DNA of 64,000 nt from the NCBI GenBank assembly GCA_039588275.1, contig JBDHAC010000010.1, forward strand, positions 1 to 64,000. Direction: 5' to 3'. Below the pieces are notes generated by a model that worked only from the letters and a program-made list of their open reading frames with translations, did no database searches and was not told the origin of the DNA. Below, one piece after another: positions 44,060 to 53,559 of this stretch. The position numbers and the translations under genes were made by a program. The DNA comes from Gemmatimonadota bacterium. GTDB taxonomy: Bacteria > Gemmatimonadota > Gemmatimonadetes > Palauibacterales > Palauibacteraceae. How positions within the stretch are numbered: position 1 is the first letter of the stretch; each line of letters begins with the position of its first letter.

Positions 44060-46048
44060 ATGGACCTGCTTACCGTACTGGTGGTCTTTGTGGCCCTGGT
44101 CTGGGGCACGAGACTGCTCGTCCTCACGACCGTTTGGCTGAGGCTTCGCCGCCTGCGGCTGCGTACGGCGAGAGTCGAGGTGTGTGATCCTGCCGAGCTA
44201 CCGCACGAGATCGATTCGCTGTTCGAGGTAGCCGGTCAGCATTTCGAAGAGCTCGGCTTCGTGTTCTCGCACGCCCAGTGGACCGATGCCGTCGTGACGA
44301 CCGAGGGCCGCCGCCCGTATCACGTCTTCCACCACCCATGGACCGGGACGTATGCAACCGTCGGCCCCCCACTCCCCGGGACCGGCGAGCGCGCGTTCCA
44401 GGCAGGATTCTCGACCGCCTTCGACGACGGAACCGTGGTCGCCACCTTCGACGGCGTCGAGCATCTCGCACTCTCGCTTCCCCCATGCTGGGAGAGCCAC
44501 GACCACCGGCTGAATGACCTGGACCGGCAGTGGGAGCGTCACGAGGCCGCTATCCGGGAGCGGCTCACCGCGCATGAGACCGTGAGCTACTCTCCGGCGG
44601 AATTCGCGGCCCGGGAAGAGTTCATGCTAGCGGCGACCCTGGCGTTTTGGGAGGAGAAATGTTGGATCGCTCGCGGCCGCGCCGACGGTGGGGGCAGAGC
44701 CGGCGCGAGCTGGCGTATCGTCTCCGCGGCTGCGTGGAGCTTCGCCCGCAGGCTAGTTGCGGAGAACCGGCGGATCGCAAAGCTCCAGCGGGCAGAACGG
44801 ATCGAAACGGCCGCCGCACACCGCGTCGAGCGAGGCGCAGTCATGCCGGCGGTAGGACCCGCAGCGGTCACCGCCGCGCGACCGGCGGCGGAGCGCATCA
44901 GCGCGCCTTGGCCCGCGGAGGTGCAGGGACGCGCCGACCGTGACGTGGTCGAGGGTGGGATCGAGGGAAACGCTACGGCCGCGAGTTCCGAATCGGCATC
45001 CGAGCGAGAGGCGCACGCCGCCGCGATGGCCTGGGAGTTCGAGTACCTGCGCGAGGCGAAGGAGAGGCAGCGCCGCCCCCTGTTCGGCAAGGCACTCATC
45101 TTCGTCGTGAGCACCGTCCTGTTCGCGCTCGCGCTCGGATGGTTCGCGTCCTGGAGATTGGTGGGGTTCATCTTCGTGGCCGTGCTCATTCACGAGCTCG
45201 GTCACCTCGTCGGGATGACCGTGTTCGGATACAAGGACCGGCAGATCCTCTTCCTTCCCCTCTTGGGCGCGGCTACGGTCGGCCGGAATCCGGGAGCGAG
45301 CGCCTGGCAGCGCACTGTCGTCTATCTGCTGGGTCCGGTGCCGGGTCTGATACTCGGCGTCACCTGCCTCTTCCTCTTCTATGGGGGTGGGGCATCCTGG
45401 TGGCTGGAGTTCGGTCTCGTGGTGCTCGTCATCAACTACCTGAACCTGCTTCCTTTCGTACCGCTCGACGGAGGCCGCGTGGTCGAGACCCTGATCCTGG
45501 GGCGCTTCCCTCGAGCGCAGGCGGTCTTCTTGGGGGTCGGAGCCATGGCGTTCGCCTGGGTGGCCTGGCGCTTCGGTGATCCGGTACTGGGGGTGCTGGC
45601 CCTCATCCTCGCGGGAGCGCTCCCCGCCAAGTGGCGCTGGGCCGAGGCCGTGAGACGGATCACTCCGCGCATGCCGAGGGACGCCGGGCGCGCGGAAAAG
45701 CTGAAAGCCGTGTTCGAAACGCTGTGTGAGCCCCCGTTCGGAGCGATACCGGCCGCGACCCGGATCGGGATGGCCGACGGCATTCTCGAGCACCTCGAGT
45801 CCCGCAGGCCGACGCTGGCGACGGCCGTCGCCGGTACGATGTTGTACGGCGCGCTCCTCATCATTCCGTTCACGCTCGCGACGCCCTATCTGTTCATCGG
45901 CGGAGAGGGGGCTGCCGTCGAGGAGACGCTGGAGGCGGCGCAGGATCCTCAGCCCGACCAGGCCTCGTTCCTGCTGCGAGACGGGCCACCCGTCTCCGCT
46001 CTGTCACGCGATGGTGATGCGATCCCGCGTCGCAGGGGCGTCGAGTAG
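44060..46048 (+). CDS. Site-2 protease (M50) with long N-terminal extension
   Basis: HELGH, LLGPVPG and NLLPFVPLDGG. Confidence 0.85.
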   Translation: MDLLTVLVVFVALVWGTRLLVLTTVWLRLRRLRLRTARVEVCDPAELPHEIDSLFEVAGQHFEELGFVFSHAQWTDAVVTTEGRRPYHVFHHPWTGTYATVGPPLPGTGERAFQAGFSTAFDDGTVVATFDGVEHLALSLPPCWESHDHRLNDLDRQWERHEAAIRERLTAHETVSYSPAEFAAREEFMLAATLAFWEEKCWIARGRADGGGRAGASWRIVSAAAWSFARRLVAENRRIAKLQRAERIETAAAHRVERGAVMPAVGPAAVTAARPAAERISAPWPAEVQGRADRDVVEGGIEGNATAASSESASEREAHAAAMAWEFEYLREAKERQRRPLFGKALIFVVSTVLFALALGWFASWRLVGFIFVAVLIHELGHLVGMTVFGYKDRQILFLPLLGAATVGRNPGASAWQRTVVYLLGPVPGLILGVTCLFLFYGGGASWWLEFGLVVLVINYLNLLPFVPLDGGRVVETLILGRFPRAQAVFLGVGAMAFAWVAWRFGDPVLGVLALILAGALPAKWRWAEAVRRITPRMPRDAGRAEKLKAVFETLCEPPFGAIPAATRIGMADGILEHLESRRPTLATAVAGTMLYGALLIIPFTLATPYLFIGGEGAAVEETLEAAQDPQPDQASFLLRDGPPVSALSRDGDAIPRRRGVE

Positions 46049-46053
46049 CCCGG

Positions 46054-47175
46054 CTAGAACCCGCCCGGCCGGACGATGAGATCGGGACCCATCTCCCGCA
46101 GCTCGTGCGGAGAGGTGGCACCGCACAGACCCATCGCGGTGTCGGTCTCGGCCCGCAGGAGCTCCAGGACGCGAACGACGCCGTCCTCGCCGTCCACGGC
46201 AAGCCCCCACAGGATGGGGCGGCCGACGCACACCGCGTCCGCCCCCATGGCCAGCGCCTTGACCACGTCCGTACCACGACGGATCCCACCGTCCAATAGG
46301 ACCGAAAACTCGGCCGACTCTCGGCTGTCGCGAGCGAGTGCCTCGCGCGCGGCCTCGGTCACCTCCGGCAGCGCCGAGATGGTCGCGACCGACGTATCCA
46401 GCTGGCGTCCGCCGTGGTTGGAGACGATCACGCCCGCCGCCCCATGCTCGATCGCGAGGCACGCATCGGCGGCGTGTACGACGCCCTTTATCAGGACGGG
46501 TAGATCGGTGAGGCTGGCAAGCCACTCGACGTGCTCCCACGACAGCTCCGGATCGAACATCTCGGCCACGTAGGCCGCGAGACCGGAGTCAGCGTCCGCA
46601 GCCCCGAGGCGGCTCATGTCGCCCCTGAGGTTGGGCATCGAGAGTCCTTCGAGCAGCTGGAAGCGGTTTCTCACGTCCCGCTCGCGCACGCCCCAAAGCT
46701 GGGCATCCACCGTCAGCACGATCGCCGTATACCCTGCGGCCTCCGCTCGCCGCACCAGATCTGCCGTCGCCTCGCGGTCACGATAGAAGTAGAGCTGAAA
46801 CCACGCCGGCCCGCCCGCAACCGCCCTCACCTCCTCCATGGCCGTTGTGGAGAGCGTGCTCAGGATCAGGATGGTCCCGGTTCGGTCGGCTCCCCGCGCC
46901 GTGGCCAGCTCGCCCTCTTCACATGCCAGCCGGTGGAACGCAGTGGGTGCGACGAGGATCGGCATCGACACCTCCTGACCGAAGATCGATGTTGACAGAT
47001 CACGTCCGCTGATATCTCGTAACACACGATATCGTAGTGTGATGCGGCTGTACGCCTCACGGTTGTCCCGCAACGTGATCTCGTCGTCCGACCCGCCGGC
47101 GTAGTAATCGAAGGCCATCTGCGGGAGCTTGTCTCGAGCGGCAGATTCGTAGTCGAACAGGTTGATCGGATCCAT
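46054..47175 (-). CDS. FMN-dependent alpha-hydroxy-acid oxidase/dehydrogenase
   Basis: FDYYAGGSDDEITLRDN, WFQLY, LTVD, VLIKG, VSNHGGRQLD, DGGIRRGTDVVKALAMGA and GRP. Confidence 0.93.
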   Translation of the reverse strand: MDPINLFDYESAARDKLPQMAFDYYAGGSDDEITLRDNREAYSRITLRYRVLRDISGRDLSTSIFGQEVSMPILVAPTAFHRLACEEGELATARGADRTGTILILSTLSTTAMEEVRAVAGGPAWFQLYFYRDREATADLVRRAEAAGYTAIVLTVDAQLWGVRERDVRNRFQLLEGLSMPNLRGDMSRLGAADADSGLAAYVAEMFDPELSWEHVEWLASLTDLPVLIKGVVHAADACLAIEHGAAGVIVSNHGGRQLDTSVATISALPEVTEAAREALARDSRESAEFSVLLDGGIRRGTDVVKALAMGADAVCVGRPILWGLAVDGEDGVVRVLELLRAETDTAMGLCGATSPHELREMGPDLIVRPGGF

Positions 47176-47215
47176 GCGAGAGAGACTACGACGTGCCCGG
47201 GCACGGAGGCCAGTA

Positions 47216-47461
47216 CTAGGACCGCCCGACCGCGCGCGCACCGGCTCGGCGAGCGGCGAGCTCGACGTATATGGCGTATGCCGTCGGCAGGGGAAGCTCG
47301 AGAGAGTGATGGCGCAGTCCACACAGGTGGAACTCGAGGACCCGCCCGATCTGCTCCTCCACCTCCGGTCGCGTACACGCCGTGGCGACGCAGCCATCGA
47401 AGTCCGGGCAGTGCGCCGAGTATCCGGACTCGGTCTTCTCGATCACGACGAGATACCTCAT
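47216..47461 (-). CDS. hicB: HicB-like antitoxin (short, solo)
   Basis: MRYLVVIEKTESGYSAHCPDFDGCVAT..EVEEQI..LEFHL matches the HicB N-terminal fold. Confidence 0.75.
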   Translation of the reverse strand: MRYLVVIEKTESGYSAHCPDFDGCVATACTRPEVEEQIGRVLEFHLCGLRHHSLELPLPTAYAIYVELAARRAGARAVGRS

Positions 47462-47591
47462 GTGGCCTGAATCCTCTCTCGGGAATCGGACGTCTGGCTG
47501 ACACGAGGGATGACCAGGCGGCTCAATCACTCATCAAACGGGTACACGGGGGCCAGGCGAGAGAGCGAGCCAGATCCAGAGGAGGATCAAC

Positions 47592-48182
47592 GTGAGATCG
47601 GGAATCGGCGCCGCGGGAATGGCCCTGATCGCGCTCCTGGTGGCGGTGCCCCTGACAGGTCAGGGGCGGCCGAGCAGCGATCGAGCCTCCGCCCCGATTC
47701 GAATCAGCGGAGGCAAGGTGCGGATCGGGAGCCAGCCCGCCGGATCGCTCCGCAGCCTCTCGGACCGCGGAGGGCTGGCGCGGGTCATCCGCGGCCGGCT
47801 CGAGCGCGTAGGGGACGCTCGCTCGAATCGGTTCGGGCCTGACGCCGGTGAGCTCGGTCGATCAGGGCGCCGAGGCCGACCGCTGCGCGGTGCGTATTAC
47901 GACCCCTACGGCTACTACCGCGACTTCCGCTATCGCAGCTCCGGAGAGGAGGGACCGCGCTACGACGCCCGACGCCTCCTTCCGACTTTCGGCCGCCCCG
48001 AGCCACGGACGCTCGGCCGCGCCTACAATCTCCAGGGATCACCGAGCTACACGCCGATTCGCACGCACGGCGAAGGGTTCGTGCGAGCCGGCTTCCGCCT
48101 CCGACCGCTCCTCCTACCGACCCTCGTCATCTTTGCGCCGTATCCGGTATGGCGCGGGAGCCTGTTCGACGGCCGACGATAG
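47592..48182 (+). CDS. Hypothetical exported Arg/Gly/Tyr-rich protein
   Basis: GAGGAGG SD before GTG; signal peptide MALIALLVAVPLTGQ; low-complexity body. Confidence 0.5.
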   Translation: MRSGIGAAGMALIALLVAVPLTGQGRPSSDRASAPIRISGGKVRIGSQPAGSLRSLSDRGGLARVIRGRLERVGDARSNRFGPDAGELGRSGRRGRPLRGAYYDPYGYYRDFRYRSSGEEGPRYDARRLLPTFGRPEPRTLGRAYNLQGSPSYTPIRTHGEGFVRAGFRLRPLLLPTLVIFAPYPVWRGSLFDGRR

Positions 48183-49376
48183 CCGCCCCTCCGGCCCCCG
48201 GGGCCGAACCGGCTCGAGGGAGGCGCCTCGCGGCAGGCGCGTCGCGAATGCCGGGATGACGTAGTCGTCGAAGAAGTCCCGTATCCTTCGCGTGTGCCCG
48301 CGCTGCCTGCGGTTGAGCGATGAGGTGACCACGGCCACCAGATCCAGCCGCGGGACGACGACTACGTACTGTCCACCGTATCCCCAAGCGAAGTGGGCGA
48401 TCTCCCCGCCCCAATCGTCCATCCACCACAGATAGCCGTATCGGTGGCCGTTCCACGGCGATCGGTTCCTCGGTTGCCAGGACAGATCGATCCACTGCTC
48501 CGGGACGAGCTGCTCGCCGGCGTATTGCCCGCCATCCAGAAAGAGCTGACCGAACTTGAGCAGGTCCCGTGGCCGCATAGCCATGTTGTTACCGCCGAGG
48601 TAGTAGCCCTGCGGGTCCCGATCCCATTCGTAGAGCGGGATGCCGAGCGGACGGAAGAGGACCTCACGCGCATACGCCCGCAAGCTCTTTCCGGATCGTC
48701 TCGACAGGATCACCGAGACGAGGTGTGTGTTGCCGGTCGAGTAATCCCAACAGCGCCCGGGATCGCACTCCATCGGTCGGCGGAGCGCGTCCCATGTCCA
48801 GTTCCTCGACGACACCCACGCCCCGTAGTTACCGAAGCTCGTCCCCTCGATGCCGGTCGTCATGCTCAACAGATTATGCAGCGTGACGCTCCGCTTGCGA
48901 GGATCGAGACGCCCGTTCGCCTCGAGCTGATCGAACGTCTCGGGCAGGAGCTCATCGATCGTTTGCTCCGGGCCCTCGAGAAGGCCATCCCGAATGGCGA
49001 TACCGACCAGGGGCGACAGGAGCGTCTTCGACACGGACTTCACGTTCACCGCGCGATCGGCGCGCATGCCGCGGTAGTAGTTCTCCACCACCACCTCCCC
49101 CCGGCGTGACACGAGAAGACTGGATAGCGGCGTGAGCTGCCCGGCTCGCTCCAGCATGCGCTCGAGCAGATCCGGATCGTAGTACGCGGACACGTCGGGG
49201 GTATCTACCGCGATCGCCGCGGTCGTCGGGACGCGAGCGGTAGTGCCCCGATCCATCGGCGAGCTGCCGGCCTCCTGAGCGAGGGCGGTCACCGCCAGCA
49301 GGGTAGCTGAGAGGACGCCGAGGGCGGCCCAGCCGGTCTGCCGACCGCGATATCGAATTGCGTGCGAGATCCTCAT
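48114..49376 (-). CDS. Serine hydrolase, beta-lactamase class C / 6-aminohexanoate-dimer hydrolase-like
   Basis: NVKSVSK (SxxK), LLSMTTG, PGRCWDYST, PRDLLKFGQL, YGYLWW and AWGYGGQ; signal peptide. Confidence 0.9.
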   Translation of the reverse strand: MRISHAIRYRGRQTGWAALGVLSATLLAVTALAQEAGSSPMDRGTTARVPTTAAIAVDTPDVSAYYDPDLLERMLERAGQLTPLSSLLVSRRGEVVVENYYRGMRADRAVNVKSVSKTLLSPLVGIAIRDGLLEGPEQTIDELLPETFDQLEANGRLDPRKRSVTLHNLLSMTTGIEGTSFGNYGAWVSSRNWTWDALRRPMECDPGRCWDYSTGNTHLVSVILSRRSGKSLRAYAREVLFRPLGIPLYEWDRDPQGYYLGGNNMAMRPRDLLKFGQLFLDGGQYAGEQLVPEQWIDLSWQPRNRSPWNGHRYGYLWWMDDWGGEIAHFAWGYGGQYVVVVPRLDLVAVVTSSLNRRQRGHTRRIRDFFDDYVIPAFATRLPRGASLEPVRPRGPEGRLSSAVEQAPAPYRIRRKDDEGR

Positions 49377-49471
49377 TAAGAGCACACTAGGGAGCGCCGT
49401 GGCGTCAGAAGCAAGTCTGACGATGCGCCGGTCCACGTTGCGGGCGCGAGCCTGCGCCCCCAGATCATCGC

Positions 49472-50929
49472 ATGACCTGGCTCGCCGCGCACTGGCCGTT
49501 CCTTCTCCTTCTCGTCCTGTACAGCACCATGCTGGTGCGGCATGCGCTGGAGGGGCGACGCCGAACGCACGGCCGGGCCGATTACTACGTGGGTGGGCGC
49601 TCCATGGGAGGGTTGGTGCTCGGGTTGTCGTTCTTCGCGACGTATTCGAGCACCAACAGCTTCGTCGGCTTCTCCGGGCAGTCGTACACCTACGGTGCCC
49701 CGTGGCTGCTGCTCGCACCCGGCATCGTGCTCTTCTCGCTCGCTTCCTGGGTGTGGGTCGCCCCGCGGCTGAGGGCGTTCACGGGCGCCGTCGATTCGGT
49801 GACGCTCCCCGACTACATCGGCTTTCGCTTCGACAGCGAGGCCGCGAGGGTCCTCGCCGCCCTCATCGTGATCTTCGCCAGCTTCCTGTACATGACCGCC
49901 GTGTTCAAGGGGATAGGGAATCTGCTCGAGATCTTCCTGCATATCCCGTATTCCGCCGCGATCGTCTTCGTCCTCCTGGCCGTCATGGCATACACGGCTG
50001 TTGGCGGATTCATCTCGGTCGTGAAGACCGACGCCGTTCAGGGAGTCCTGATGGTGCTGGCGGCCATTCTTCTGTTCGGAGCCACGGTCCGGGCGGCAGG
50101 TGGCTTGGGGGCCCTCGACCAGGTTCGAGGGGGCATCGATACGGGGCACCTGTTCACATGGGACGCGGCGATGCCCTTCCCCGTCCTCATCGGGATCATC
50201 GTGGCGGGCACCATGAAGACCGTCGTGGAGCCGCGACAGTTGTCTCGCTTTTACGGACTCGCGGACCGTGGAGCCCTCCGACGCGGCATGTGGGCATCGA
50301 CGCTGGCCTTCCTCATAGCGTACGTGCTCCTCGTCCCCATCGGGCTCTACGCCCACCTAATCCTCGGGGGAGCCGTCGCGGAATCTGATCTGGTGGTCCC
50401 GACGCTGCTGGGGCAGGCGGGGATCGTCCCGCCGCTCGTAGGCGCGTTCCTCGTTATCGCGATGCTGGCCGCGGCCATGTCCTCTCTGGACAGCGTGCTC
50501 CTGGTGATGGCCTCCACGTGGGAACGGGACGTGGTCTCGCTGCTGCGTCCCGAAGGGTCCGAGGCGGCTGCCGTGCGGGCGACGCGCTTCTACGTGGCGC
50601 TGTTCGCGCTCGTGACCGCCCTGATCGCCCTGCGTCCTCCGGGCAGCATCGTGACCCTGACCGCGTTCTCGGGAAGTCTGTACGCGGCCTGTTTCTTTCC
50701 CGCCGTGGTGCTGGGGCTGTACTGGCGGAAAGGAAATGGGGCGGCGGTGACCGCATCCTTCGCGGTGGGGATTCTCACCCTCCTGCTGTGGAAGGAGCTA
50801 CCGGTCGGCGGCCTGATCCACGAGGTGTTTCCCGCGATCGCCTTTTCGACCCTCGCGTACGTCACGCTCGCGGCGCTGGGACCGCCGTCACCGCTGGCGT
50901 CCCGGGCGGGTCAGGATCCTCGCTCTTAG
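49472..50929 (+). CDS. Sodium:solute symporter (PutP/PanF-like)
   Basis: DYYVGGRSMG, ATYSSTNSFVGFSG, TLPDYIGFRF, VVKTDAVQG and AAAMSSLDS. Confidence 0.92.
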   Translation: MTWLAAHWPFLLLLVLYSTMLVRHALEGRRRTHGRADYYVGGRSMGGLVLGLSFFATYSSTNSFVGFSGQSYTYGAPWLLLAPGIVLFSLASWVWVAPRLRAFTGAVDSVTLPDYIGFRFDSEAARVLAALIVIFASFLYMTAVFKGIGNLLEIFLHIPYSAAIVFVLLAVMAYTAVGGFISVVKTDAVQGVLMVLAAILLFGATVRAAGGLGALDQVRGGIDTGHLFTWDAAMPFPVLIGIIVAGTMKTVVEPRQLSRFYGLADRGALRRGMWASTLAFLIAYVLLVPIGLYAHLILGGAVAESDLVVPTLLGQAGIVPPLVGAFLVIAMLAAAMSSLDSVLLVMASTWERDVVSLLRPEGSEAAAVRATRFYVALFALVTALIALRPPGSIVTLTAFSGSLYAACFFPAVVLGLYWRKGNGAAVTASFAVGILTLLLWKELPVGGLIHEVFPAIAFSTLAYVTLAALGPPSPLASRAGQDPRS

Positions 50930-51129
50930 AGAGCTCGAGGTTCGAGGGTCCGTTCGTGCAGGCCGCTCTGAACGGCCTGATCCACCGACGCGAGACGCGC
51001 CGCCGTCCGGTCACATTGGAGGATGGACGTCCGTCGTCCCGAGCTTCAGCGTCCCAACTCCCGGGCAAGGCCCGAGCGTCCCACCGACGGAAAAGCACGG
51101 CAACCGTCTCGGTATGATCCGGGGAACCC

Positions 51130-52788
51130 TCAGCCGACGAGCCCCAGCTCGGCCAGGTGCGCGAGCGCCTGCTCGACGGACCATGCTACCGTCTGATGCG
51201 TGCTGACCACGCCGAGCTGCGATCGGGTATCTTCCGAGGGAGCTTCCCAGCGCTCGGCGGCAGCCTCGTAGATCGCCCAATCGGCGTCCGAGGCCCCTCC
51301 CCTGCGCCCCGCGATGTGCGCGTGCACGATTTCGGGCGGCGCGTCGCACAGGAGGAACACCCCCGGCACCCCGTGCTCCGCGGCCAGGTCCAGCAAGGTG
51401 CGCCGTCGCGCGTCCTCGCGGAAGCTCGCGTCCACGATCACGCGCTCTCCGTCGAAAAGCCGCTGCTTCGTTTCCTCGACGAGCGCCGCGTAGGTACGCT
51501 CGTTCCACTCGGGCGTGTAGATCCCCTCCCCGAAATCCGCCGCGCCCGAGGTCGTTGGATCGAGGCCCGCGAGTCCCTTCCGCGTCCTGTCCGATGAGAG
51601 CACGGTGAGCCCGAGGCGAATAGCCAGCGCGTCGGCGAGCGTCGACTTGCCCGTGCCGGGGAGCCCGCCGACCAGGACCAGACCCGGGCGCCGCTCGGGC
51701 GGCTCGAGCTCGGACAGCGCGAGGAGCCAATGCGCCCGCGCGCTCCGGACCGCGGCCCTGCGCGACTTCTCGGGCACTTCGGGCCCTTCGGCCGCCATCC
51801 CCTCGACCTTCCCACGCACCGCGGCCCGGTACGCCGTGTAGAACCGCAGCAGCCCTTGTCCCTCGACATCTTCTGCGGCGTCGAAGTATGCGTCCGCGAA
51901 CACCTCGGCGAGGTCGCGGCGCCCGCGAAACCCGAGGTCCATGGCCAGAAACGCCATGTCCGCCACCGGGTCCGCGAAACGGAAGCGCTCATTGAACTCG
52001 ATGCAGTCGATGATCACCAGGTCCCCGGGGGGTTCCTGTTCCGGGAACAGGTATACGTGCTCCAGGTGGAGATCGCCGTGCGTGTCTCTGGGCACGTCGG
52101 ACTCGGCACGTCCCTCGATCAGCGGGCGGAGCCTGCGGAGTTCCCTCTCGAGCGCCTCCGTCATCCGTCCGTGAACGGTGGCACTCAAGGTGGTCCCGAT
52201 ATGGGCGCGCGATTGGTCGAGGTTCTCGCGGGCGTTGCCGGCCACCGTCTCGAACCGGCCCCAGCGGCTGACCTCGGGACCCGAATGAGCCTCGGCATGA
52301 AACCGGGCCAGGCGACGGCCCAGCACCGCCACGTGATAGTCGCGCAGGGCACCCTCCAAGACCCACGCCAGCAGCCTCGCGTCGTCGGGCAACCGCCGCA
52401 TCTTGACCGCGTACTCGACAGCTTTGCCCTCCTCTGCTTCGCCCTCCTCCGCTTGGCCCTCGACAGCTTCCCGGCCGGCCGCGGGTTCGTCGAACCGCTC
52501 ACGCACTCCGAGGCCGTCGGGCGTCTCCACGATCGGGACGACGCCGAGGTACACATCCGGCGCCAGTCGGCGATTGAGCCGCACCTCTTCATGACAGTAG
52601 TGGCGTCGGAGTGCGAGCGTGGTGAAGTCGAGGAACCCGAGCTCGACGGGCTTCTTCACCTTGTACGCGGAGGACCCGGCGAGGAAGACGACCGAGATGT
52701 GAGTCTGGTGCACTTCCACGTCCGAGACCGGGTGCTCATAGGCATCCGGACTGGAGCAGGCTTCGATGATCCGCGTCAGCTCCGACAT
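51130..52788 (-). CDS. Bifunctional APH-like kinase / AAA_33 P-loop protein (Rv2004c-like)
   Basis: QTHISVVFL, YKVKKPV, HGDLHLEH, DCIEFNERFR and P-loop GLPGTGKST. Confidence 0.9.
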   Translation of the reverse strand: MSELTRIIEACSSPDAYEHPVSDVEVHQTHISVVFLAGSSAYKVKKPVELGFLDFTTLALRRHYCHEEVRLNRRLAPDVYLGVVPIVETPDGLGVRERFDEPAAGREAVEGQAEEGEAEEGKAVEYAVKMRRLPDDARLLAWVLEGALRDYHVAVLGRRLARFHAEAHSGPEVSRWGRFETVAGNARENLDQSRAHIGTTLSATVHGRMTEALERELRRLRPLIEGRAESDVPRDTHGDLHLEHVYLFPEQEPPGDLVIIDCIEFNERFRFADPVADMAFLAMDLGFRGRRDLAEVFADAYFDAAEDVEGQGLLRFYTAYRAAVRGKVEGMAAEGPEVPEKSRRAAVRSARAHWLLALSELEPPERRPGLVLVGGLPGTGKSTLADALAIRLGLTVLSSDRTRKGLAGLDPTTSGAADFGEGIYTPEWNERTYAALVEETKQRLFDGERVIVDASFREDARRRTLLDLAAEHGVPGVFLLCDAPPEIVHAHIAGRRGGASDADWAIYEAAAERWEAPSEDTRSQLGVVSTHQTVAWSVEQALAHLAELGLVG

Positions 52789-52812
52789 GACTCGCCCGCG
52801 CATCGTATGTGA

Positions 52813-53559
52813 TCAAAGATAACGCTGCAGGAGAAGCATCCCGACCAGGCACAGCGACAGGAGTATCCCGACCGGGGCGCGCCTGCCGTGCTCGTACGAC
52901 TCGGGGAGCAACTCCAGCAACACCATCAGCACCATCGCACCGGCGGCGAACCCGAGCGCGTACGGTAGCGAAGGTCTGAACGCCTCGACGAACACGAAGG
53001 CGGGCACCGCCATCAGCGGCTGCGGGATCGAGGAGAACACGCTCCAGCCCGCGCATGCCGCGATGCTCCGACCCCGCGGCCGAAGGACCGCGCTGATCGC
53101 GAGCCCCTCCGGGATATTGTGGACCGCGATCGCGATCGTCACGAACGCCGCCAGCGTCAGTCCGCCCGCGAATGCCGCGCCGACGGCCACCCCCTCCGCG
53201 AACGAGTGCACCGCCATCACGATCACGATCAACAGCATCTTGCGGGCTCCCTCGCCACGCACCGAGCCGAACTCGATGTCGCGCTCGTCGAGCCACCGCC
53301 TGGTGCCGAGGATAAAGAGGACGCCGACGTTGGCACCCACGAACGGCTGCCATGCACCGTACTCCGTTCCCTCGGCGAGCAGGCCGAAGCTGGCCCCCAG
53401 CATGAGGCCGGACGCGATCGCATTCGCGTACGCCACCGCCCCGGTGGTGACCCGTCGCAGGAAGGCGAACGGGAGCGCTCCGAGACCGGTCGCCAGAGCG
53501 GTCACCGTGGCCCACAGCAGGACGCGAAGAACCTCCGACGTCTCGGGACCCGCGGTCAT
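52813..53559 (-). CDS. ZIP-family metal transporter (canonical motifs)
   Basis: ATGLGALPF, HSFAEGVAVG, IAVHNIPEGLAIS and GFAAGAM. Confidence 0.9.
   Translation of the reverse strand: MTAGPETSEVLRVLLWATVTALATGLGALPFAFLRRVTTGAVAYANAIASGLMLGASFGLLAEGTEYGAWQPFVGANVGVLFILGTRRWLDERDIEFGSVRGEGARKMLLIVIVMAVHSFAEGVAVGAAFAGGLTLAAFVTIAIAVHNIPEGLAISAVLRPRGRSIAACAGWSVFSSIPQPLMAVPAFVFVEAFRPSLPYALGFAAGAMVLMVLLELLPESYEHGRRAPVGILLSLCLVGMLLLQRYL

Noticed and set aside
50930..51129. 200-nt gap between convergent genes as a possible sRNA
   Set aside because: No recognisable RNA family motif or convincing structure.
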